NCBI GenBank assembly: GCA_963934385.1
Contig: CAWVYO010000001.1
Span: 4,765 to 68,764, forward strand
Origin: an uncultured bacterium
GTDB lineage: Bacteria; Myxococcota_A; UBA796; CAJQPC01
Length of the DNA: 64,000 nt
Direction: 5' to 3'
The position numbers and the translations under genes were made by a program. Shown piece by piece: positions 47,790-54,822 of this stretch (the stretch's first letter is position 1; each line of letters begins with the position of its first letter). The notes below the pieces were generated by a model. That model was not told the DNA's origin, ran no database searches, and saw only the letters and a program-made list of their open reading frames with translations.

Positions 47790-48314
47790 TTGGTAGAATA
47801 TGAAGATTTTCTACATTTGTCAGGAGATCTTTTGTCGGATTTTTCGAGAATTAATATCGATTTTTTAGTAGATTCCACCTTATCTCTTGCTGACTCTTCA
47901 TTGGGTCTGCCAAACATAGCCTTGGGGTTGAACGCCAACGTCTCCATAAAAGATCCCTCAGGAGATTTGATATTCGGCTCAATTCGGTGGATTAATAGTG
48001 AGTTCATGGAGTTAGTTTCTTCAGTGTCTTTGTTGCCAACCACATCTGTAGAGTTGCGTGTTGAGTTGAAGGGTTGGAGCGAAACAGTCTACGTTCAGGC
48101 AGCTGTTTCGAGAACCCGTCCCACAGGCGAGGGCGGCGGCGCTAGGGCTATATTGAGAATCATAGATATGTCTGACTACGATAGGAATCTTCTATATGTC
48201 TGGCTGAAAGATTACGATGCAGGTGGAACGAGTGTGGATCCTAGCGCTATCGTGGCTAAGAGTGGTCGTGGTAGGCTCTCTGTAAGGCGGGGAATACTTA
48301 GAGCTCTCAAGTAG
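47790..48314 (+). CDS. Hypothetical protein (weak, degenerate PilZ-like pattern at best)
   Basis: 174-aa ORF with a TTG start. The 5' third is AT-rich and competes with an antisense ORF (47714-48043). The C-terminal part has normal composition. No motif recognised with confidence. Confidence 0.4.
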   Translation: MVEYEDFLHLSGDLLSDFSRINIDFLVDSTLSLADSSLGLPNIALGLNANVSIKDPSGDLIFGSIRWINSEFMELVSSVSLLPTTSVELRVELKGWSETVYVQAAVSRTRPTGEGGGARAILRIIDMSDYDRNLLYVWLKDYDAGGTSVDPSAIVAKSGRGRLSVRRGILRALK

Positions 48315-48342
48315 ACTTAGGTAAGCCGTAGTCAGGGCGAGA

Positions 48343-49269
48343 CTATCCAGCGTCAATAGCCTCGATCATGTCTGCGGGAATCGGCGCCTTTGCTGTCACC
48401 ATTGTTCCATCCATGTGTGGGAACCTTAGCGACGCTGCGTGGAGACAGTGTCTAGGGTGCTCTAGTAGTTCGTCAATGTTTGGGAGCGGGTTCTCTTCGA
48501 AAATGGAGAGGAACACCTCAGCTGGTTGACCGTAGATCTTGTCTCCAACAATGGGGAAGCCAATGTGGTCAAGGTGAACTCGAATCTGATGGGTACGACC
48601 AGTCCTAGGCTTGCACCTTACGAGTGTTCTCGCGGTAAGCCTCTCCTCCACAATGACGTCAGTTGTGGCCAATTGCCCTCCGTCTAAGACCGTCTGTTTC
48701 ATGACTATTGGAGAATTCAGATCTCTCTGAATGGCGCCGTCTACACACTTTTTATCCCAAGGTATTACCCCTCGAACTAACGCTAAGTAATCCTTTGAGA
48801 CCCTTCTCTCTTGGAACATACGCTTTAGATGTCGGTTCATCTCTGGGCTTTTAGCCATAAGCAATACCCCAGAAGTTTCGCGATCTAGCCTGTGTGCGAG
48901 GTGTAGGGTGTGGTCAGGATACCGATCTCGAGCGAGGTTTATGAGTGCCCATACAAATTTTCTTCCTACGGGATGACACAACATTCCGGATGGTTTTGAG
49001 AACGCTACAGCGTGATCATCTTCCCAAATAACATCGGGACACTTAGGCATTGGAGTCGAAGGAGTGTACCTTTCCGAATAAAGATGAAGCTCTTCATTGG
49101 CTAATAATAGTGTTGACGGTTTAACCTTTCTTTTTGTCGAAATGATGCGCCCTGCCTTTATTGCGTTTGAGACAGCGCTCCGCGACCACCCTGGAAATCT
49201 AGTCGAGACATACAGGTCCAGCCTCATTCCTGCTGCACTCTCCACTACAATTACTGAACGATACTCCAT
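48343..49269 (-). CDS. RluA-family (RluD/RluC-like) rRNA pseudouridine synthase with an N-terminal S4-like domain
   Basis: 'HRLDRETSGVLLMAKS' (catalytic Asp), 'KDYLALVRG', 'PRTGRTHQIRVHL'. Confidence 0.88.
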   Translation of the reverse strand: MEYRSVIVVESAAGMRLDLYVSTRFPGWSRSAVSNAIKAGRIISTKRKVKPSTLLLANEELHLYSERYTPSTPMPKCPDVIWEDDHAVAFSKPSGMLCHPVGRKFVWALINLARDRYPDHTLHLAHRLDRETSGVLLMAKSPEMNRHLKRMFQERRVSKDYLALVRGVIPWDKKCVDGAIQRDLNSPIVMKQTVLDGGQLATTDVIVEERLTARTLVRCKPRTGRTHQIRVHLDHIGFPIVGDKIYGQPAEVFLSIFEENPLPNIDELLEHPRHCLHAASLRFPHMDGTMVTAKAPIPADMIEAIDAG

Positions 49270-49291
49270 AGATTAGGATATATCTTATTAC

Positions 49292-50626
49292 ATGTGGTTT
49301 TACTTGTTGGCATGTGGTGCTGGTGTTGATACCAGCGACAGTTTTGATACATCTGTGATCGTCACAGATGATACCGGTGTGGTGGTGGAGACATCCCTCT
49401 CCAATCAGTATGGTTGGGTCTCTACAGAGACAGGTGTGGCTACAGGGGCAGCGTTTGCAGACGTAGATGGTGACGGGTATCAAGAGATGATCGTCTCTTA
49501 TGGCAATGACATCCAGCGCGGTCCCATAACCGTTCACGATAATATTGACGGTGAGCTTCAGAGGAGCGCATCTTGGGTATCTGATAATTACCACTACCAC
49601 GGTAAGCTAGACGTAGGCGATGTCAACGGAGATGGCTGGGTTGATTTGGTGGTCAGCCGATTTTTAGGGGACTCTGGCTTTAGTGAGCCTGGTGGCGTCG
49701 ATCTCTACCTAAATCAGGGCGGTTATTTTGAGTCTACCCCCTCATGGGAGTATTCTGGCGTATACAGTTTTTCTTTGGCCCTTGGTGATGTAGATTTAGA
49801 CGGCGATCTCGATTTGGCTGTGGCCGTAGGCGAGTCTTACTACAACTTGCCAGATAGGTCGCTATTGTTTGAAAACTCAGGCGGTACATTCGGGAGTCAA
49901 CCATTATGGCAAACAGAGGCCGACAGGCACAGTTTTGATGTCTCTTGGGCCGACTTTGATAGTGACGGAATGTTGGACTTAGCGTTTGCCAATGGCGGCT
50001 CGGCTCATACAATTTACCTCAATCAAGGAGGCGGGTTTGGCGACTCTCCAGACTGGGAGGCGTCAGGTGACCCAGAGAGCTTCGAGGGAAACAGTTTGGC
50101 CTGGGGTGATATAAACGGCGACAACACCATTGACCTAGTAGTTACTGAGAACATGCAGCAAGGAGGGGCTGGTGACGTTGTAGGTTGGTGCGGTCCATCA
50201 TTTGCTCAGTGCTGGAGATCTGAAGATGCTCCACTCTTTCAGTCATCAGTGACCTTCGAGGATATAGACGCCGATGGAGATGGCGATCTAGTTGTTGGTT
50301 CGTGGTGGGGTACTGTTAGAGTCTACGAAAATGAGTCAGGGACTATCGCTACTTTACCGAACTGGGAGACAGAGAACGACCTTGTTGTGGAGTCAATTGT
50401 TTGGGCAGATATTGACGCATCTGACCAAGCGATAGAGGTGCTTCACGGAGATGGTCTATTGCGAGTTCCAGGCGATGTTTTAGACGTTACAGGTGGAGTG
50501 GCTGCTGGTGGTTGGGCTACAGGCCCAGGGGAAATAACTGTGATCTACCAGGTACCATTTAAGAGAGACATGGCTGTCACAAATTGGGAGAATCAGATTG
50601 GTAACCCAATCTACTTCTGGGAGTAA
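49292..50626 (+). CDS. FG-GAP/VCBS repeat lipoprotein
   Basis: Lipobox 'LLAC/G'. Repeated 'GDVNGDGWVDLVV', 'GDVDLDGDLDLAV', 'ADFDSDGMLDLAF', 'GDINGDNTIDLVV', 'EDIDADGDGDLVV'. Confidence 0.8.
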   Translation: MWFYLLACGAGVDTSDSFDTSVIVTDDTGVVVETSLSNQYGWVSTETGVATGAAFADVDGDGYQEMIVSYGNDIQRGPITVHDNIDGELQRSASWVSDNYHYHGKLDVGDVNGDGWVDLVVSRFLGDSGFSEPGGVDLYLNQGGYFESTPSWEYSGVYSFSLALGDVDLDGDLDLAVAVGESYYNLPDRSLLFENSGGTFGSQPLWQTEADRHSFDVSWADFDSDGMLDLAFANGGSAHTIYLNQGGGFGDSPDWEASGDPESFEGNSLAWGDINGDNTIDLVVTENMQQGGAGDVVGWCGPSFAQCWRSEDAPLFQSSVTFEDIDADGDGDLVVGSWWGTVRVYENESGTIATLPNWETENDLVVESIVWADIDASDQAIEVLHGDGLLRVPGDVLDVTGGVAAGGWATGPGEITVIYQVPFKRDMAVTNWENQIGNPIYFWE

Positions 50627-50798
50627 GAAGCTCGATTTACTGGGTATTCTCGCTATAGTCTGGATAATTATAGCTGTTGCTATAACGATATTTATGGCTC
50701 CGCGATTGGGCTTGAGAGGATGGGTATGGCTCATTGTCCATGACCTCTTATGCCTAGTGGGTTCGGTTCATCAACTCAGTCGCACCGGTTATAAATAG
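50598..50798 (+). CDS. Possible small two-TM membrane protein in a convergent gap (speculative)
   Basis: 66-aa ORF (TTG start) with two hydrophobic stretches, 'LLGILAIVWIIIAVAITIFMA' and 'GWVWLIVHDLLCLVGSV'. It overlaps both flanking gene ends by about 25 nt. Confidence 0.25.
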   Translation: MVTQSTSGSKKLDLLGILAIVWIIIAVAITIFMAPRLGLRGWVWLIVHDLLCLVGSVHQLSRTGYK

Positions 50799-52302
50799 CG
50801 ATCCTTTCGTATGGTTCGTCGGAGAACCACCACGGAGAGTAGGTCTCTATAGGAACCATACCCGCTATAATAAAGGAGTGATAATTAGCTGCGGCACTAC
50901 GGCTGTGGACTCTTGGACCGATCCACCAGTCAGGCATCGTGAGGCTATCTATTAGTTCTAGGCAGATGTCTTGGCTTGGGGGTTGAGGCCATGGATTTTC
51001 AGCTACGGCGTGTATGAACCTAGTCTCGCCATCCTCGTCTATTGGGGTCCAGGCGAAATCTTCTAAGTAGTGTTGCCATCCCCAGTGACCAGAGAAAGAA
51101 CCACGCCCTTGGTCAGACACTAAGAAAGCCGCTTGCCTGTGACTCTGAGCCATGGCCATATCGTCCACTGCCAGCCCCAAAGAGAGCCCTATAGAGGTTA
51201 CAATGGCTGTTTTCGTCCAGACAGAAGATCTATTCAGTCGCTGTGTCTGGTGTATGGCTGCCAGCAGGAACGCAGGCAAGAAAGGAAGCCAGTATCTAGA
51301 GGCGCTAAACCGGAGGGTCAATAAAAACAGAGCCCCACCAACAGCCCAAGCTGCTAGGAACCTTGTGTTTTGATCAACCATCTTCAATGTGGAGAAGGCA
51401 GCAGCTCCAGACGCAGTAAACAGAACAGTGATGGCGGTCTGTCCTGTGGAAAGCTGCGACACCTCTCCTGCCAACAGCCCTAAGCCAACCCCTATAATTG
51501 CAAAAGGAATAGCCCTCTTTGAGATGGACAATATGGGTAACAGCCCCACTCCCCCCAACATAGCTAGGCTGGCTATGCCCTTCCTCAACATATCTCGGGG
51601 GCTCTCTGACACGCTTTGAAAGGCAGTCATTGCGACTATATGAACTTGCCCATAGGCTAGCATATCGTGTAAAGCTAGGGCCAAGATCGGGACAAAGACC
51701 AACAGAGTCTCTCTTATTCGTTTCTTCTGAATTCCGGCTAACAACAAGAGCGGTATAAAACAGATACCAGAGTACTTAAAGAGTACGCTCGTGCCTACTA
51801 ATAGAGCCCAGCCATAACCATGGCCTCTCTTGGAGCTCAGGAACCCGCCTAGACCCGCGACAACACAAGCCAACAGAGGCAGATCTGGAGTGAGACTGTG
51901 TGTCGATAGAACAAAGAGAGGCGATGACAGTAATAAGAGAGCTGCGAGTTTCCCAGAACCAAGAAGCTCCTCTCCTAGTCGCCGCATTCCCCAAATGGCT
52001 AAGAGGACCCAAGGGAACATCATTAGATGCATAAGCCACACTGGTCCATCTGATACCGCGGCTAACCACCAGCCTATGCCAGGGGGGTTTGATAGAACAT
52101 CAAACGCTGATTCTAAAGTCCCTTGCCAATTAATCTCTACAGCGTGAGGTCTCCACATGTCCGCACGAGCCCCTTCTGCCAGACGAATGAAATTAGCGTC
52201 GTCTACGTGAACGGCTTTCCCTATGAATGGGAAAAACAATGCCGCAGCCAATAGATACAGAGCTAGTAATGGTGATTTTGTAAGCACAAAGCAGCCTATC
52301 AT
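50776..52302 (-). CDS. GT-C fold glycosyltransferase-like membrane protein (ArnT/PMT_2-like), second copy
   Basis: More than 10 TM helices. First loop 'VHVDDANFIRLAEG' and 'LSNPPGIGWWL'. C-terminal soluble domain. Same overall layout as 45294-46904. Confidence 0.6.
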   Translation of the reverse strand: MIGCFVLTKSPLLALYLLAAALFFPFIGKAVHVDDANFIRLAEGARADMWRPHAVEINWQGTLESAFDVLSNPPGIGWWLAAVSDGPVWLMHLMMFPWVLLAIWGMRRLGEELLGSGKLAALLLLSSPLFVLSTHSLTPDLPLLACVVAGLGGFLSSKRGHGYGWALLVGTSVLFKYSGICFIPLLLLAGIQKKRIRETLLVFVPILALALHDMLAYGQVHIVAMTAFQSVSESPRDMLRKGIASLAMLGGVGLLPILSISKRAIPFAIIGVGLGLLAGEVSQLSTGQTAITVLFTASGAAAFSTLKMVDQNTRFLAAWAVGGALFLLTLRFSASRYWLPFLPAFLLAAIHQTQRLNRSSVWTKTAIVTSIGLSLGLAVDDMAMAQSHRQAAFLVSDQGRGSFSGHWGWQHYLEDFAWTPIDEDGETRFIHAVAENPWPQPPSQDICLELIDSLTMPDWWIGPRVHSRSAAANYHSFIIAGMVPIETYSPWWFSDEPYERIAIYNRCD

Positions 52303-52384
52303 TGAACCATACTCCTCACAAAGTAAGAGGCGAACAAGCTAATATATCGATAAAGGGTCGCAATAAAGGAGTACAACGGTCGCT

Positions 52385-54271
52385 ATGGAGAATAGAGATT
52401 TTGACATTGTCGTGGTTGGAGGAGGTCACGCTGGGTGTGAAGCGGCCGCTGTAGCTGCTCGACTGGGGGTGCGTGTTGCTTTGGTTACCTTTGATACAAA
52501 GGCTAATGGGAGGCTTTCGTGCAACCCCGCAATAGGTGGGCTCGCCAAGGGAAATTTGGTGCGAGAGTTGGATGCCTTGGGTGGTATAATGGCTCAAGTG
52601 ACCGACGCCTCGACTATTCAATTTAGGCACCTCAACACTCGAAAAGGCTTAGCCGTTCGTTCATCGAGAGCTCAGGTCGATATTGATCTTTACCCAAAAG
52701 CTATGCAAGAGGCGCTAGGTTCAATTTCTAACTTGGAGATTATTGAGGACGAGGTGGTCTCTATTACGACTAATGGCGCTGAAGACAATCTCTCTATTAG
52801 TTCTGTCGGACTTGGGTCTGGAGGAGAGCTCACGTGTAGTTCAGTAGTGCTTACAACGGGTACATTCCTGTCCGCCATGCTCCATTGCGGAGACTCCGCC
52901 ACCATGGGTGGAAGGGTTGGCGAGGGTTCAGCGATGAGTTTGGGGGAGGCTATGAAAAGCCTCGGGGTGAAATTAGCTCGTTTGAAAACGGGAACGCCGC
53001 CTCGCTTGAGGGCTGACAGTATTGATTTCTCTCAGATGGAACCACAAGAGAGTGTTGGTGGACACTTCTCCTTCTCCCCTCCAGACAAAATACTTCCCAG
53101 TATCATCTGTCATATGGTTTACACCAATGAGAAGACCCACGACATTGTCCGCGAAAACTTGGCTAAATCGTCTGTATATGGTGGTGGGGTCAACAGCGTA
53201 GGTCCCAGATATTGTCCGTCAATAGAGGACAAGGTGGTAAAGTTTCCAGAGCGATCAAGGCACCTGTTGTTCCTAGAGCCAGAGGGGCTAAACACCGATA
53301 GAATATACGTGAACGGGCTATCAACTTCGATGCCAGCGGATATACAGGAGCTTGTTTTACGTTCTATGCCAGGGATGGAAAACGCTGTTATCGAACAGGC
53401 TGGTTACGCTGTAGAGTACGATTATTCCGATCCGCGTCAGCTAGGTCACGATCTCCAATTTAAGGGTCTAAAAGGGCTATACATGGCGGGTCAGCTAAAC
53501 GGGACTTCTGGTTATGAAGAGGCCGCAGTTCAAGGCTTTATTGCTGGCGTGTGTGCGGCTCACTCCGTTCTTGATCGAGAGCCACTTATTTTAGGGAGAG
53601 ATGAGGCCTACATTGGTGTGCTTATAGACGATCTTGTCACTCGAGGTGTTGGTGGAGAGCCATATAGAATGTTTACCTCTCGTGCTGAGCACCGGCTAAG
53701 CCTTAGAGAGGACAACGCTGATCGCAGGCTCATGAAGAGAGGTCGGGATCTAGGGCTGATTAACGACGAGCGCTGGCTTAGGTTTGAGCAGAAAATGGAG
53801 GCTATTAATCGCTCAAAGGACACGTTGTCTAAAAAGGTAAGTCCAACCAAGGATATGATCGAAAAGTTTAAAAATGCTGGGCTTGGAGAACTCAATAAAC
53901 AGGCGACTGTAGAGCAGCTTTTAAGACGCCCTGAGTATACCTATGAGTTGCTTAGTAGAGTCATAGATCTTCCCGAGTTGACAGCTGAAGAGGCGGAGCA
54001 GGTCGAGACCGACGTGAAATATGCGGGATATCTTCAGCGTGAGAAGGTTCGTGCCGAACAAGCTAAGAAGATGTCGGGAGTATCCCTTATTGGGGTTGAC
54101 TTTGCCTCGATAGCCGGTTTGAGTAACGAGGTTATTCAGAGATTAGCTCGAGCTTGTCCAGCGACATTAGACGCCGCGTCTAGGATTCCTAGCGTGACAC
54201 CAGCGGCCATTACAGTATTGGCACTATTTATGGCTCGTAGTCCAAGATCTAGTAAGAACCAACCGCTATAG
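52385..54271 (+). CDS. mnmG: tRNA uridine 5-carboxymethylaminomethyl modification enzyme MnmG (GidA)
   Basis: 'FDIVVVGGGHAGCEAA' (FAD binding), 'RLSCNPAIGGLAKG', 'GLYMAGQLNGTSGYEEAA'. 628 aa. Confidence 0.96.
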   Translation: MENRDFDIVVVGGGHAGCEAAAVAARLGVRVALVTFDTKANGRLSCNPAIGGLAKGNLVRELDALGGIMAQVTDASTIQFRHLNTRKGLAVRSSRAQVDIDLYPKAMQEALGSISNLEIIEDEVVSITTNGAEDNLSISSVGLGSGGELTCSSVVLTTGTFLSAMLHCGDSATMGGRVGEGSAMSLGEAMKSLGVKLARLKTGTPPRLRADSIDFSQMEPQESVGGHFSFSPPDKILPSIICHMVYTNEKTHDIVRENLAKSSVYGGGVNSVGPRYCPSIEDKVVKFPERSRHLLFLEPEGLNTDRIYVNGLSTSMPADIQELVLRSMPGMENAVIEQAGYAVEYDYSDPRQLGHDLQFKGLKGLYMAGQLNGTSGYEEAAVQGFIAGVCAAHSVLDREPLILGRDEAYIGVLIDDLVTRGVGGEPYRMFTSRAEHRLSLREDNADRRLMKRGRDLGLINDERWLRFEQKMEAINRSKDTLSKKVSPTKDMIEKFKNAGLGELNKQATVEQLLRRPEYTYELLSRVIDLPELTAEEAEQVETDVKYAGYLQREKVRAEQAKKMSGVSLIGVDFASIAGLSNEVIQRLARACPATLDAASRIPSVTPAAITVLALFMARSPRSSKNQPL

Positions 54272-54279
54272 GGGCGTCA

Positions 54280-54822
54280 GTGCTTAATCTTACACCTCTT
54301 GAGCAGGTCCACTTTGATACATTAACAAAGTGGAGAAAAGCTATGGATCTAGTGGGACCTGGCCCGCTGGAGCCACATTTTGAGGACGCAAGAAGAGCAG
54401 TGGGTTGGTTAGCTGCAGAAGGTAGTTGGGCTGATCTAGGTTCTGGAGCGGGGTTCCCTGGGGTGGCGTTGGCTGCTTGCTATCCAGAGGTTTCAGTTAC
54501 GCTGGTGGAGTCTAGACAGAAACGAGTGATGTTTTTGAGAGAGGTGGTTTCGAGGGGTGGAGTAGATAACGTGAACATTTTTCACGGTAGAAGCGAGACT
54601 TTGGAGAAACGTAGCTACGACGGTGTCATTTCTCGAGCATTTAGACCACCAGAGGAGTTCTTGGCAGAGGCGAGAGACCTGTTGGTTATGGGAGGTACAG
54701 CTGTGTTGATGCTGGCTCTTGGAGAGCCGCCGACCGTGGAGGGACTTGAGCTGTTCCACGTGGAACAATACCCTCTTGATGACAGGACCCGTAAGGCTTG
54801 TGGGTATAGGAAGATAGCCTAA
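54280..54822 (+). CDS. rsmG: 16S rRNA (guanine527-N7)-methyltransferase RsmG (GidB)
   Basis: 'WADLGSGAGFPGVALA' (SAM motif), 'LVESRQKRVMFL'. Follows mnmG. GTG start. Confidence 0.9.
   Translation: MLNLTPLEQVHFDTLTKWRKAMDLVGPGPLEPHFEDARRAVGWLAAEGSWADLGSGAGFPGVALAACYPEVSVTLVESRQKRVMFLREVVSRGGVDNVNIFHGRSETLEKRSYDGVISRAFRPPEEFLAEARDLLVMGGTAVLMLALGEPPTVEGLELFHVEQYPLDDRTRKACGYRKIA
54752..54767. promoter_or_regulatory. parS-like perfect palindrome TGTTCCACGTGGAACA (inside the 3' end of rsmG)
   Basis: Read directly. 14/16 match to the general parS consensus TGTTTCACGTGAAACA; the two differences are symmetric, so the palindrome is kept. Identical to the site at 60722-60737. Confidence 0.75.
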
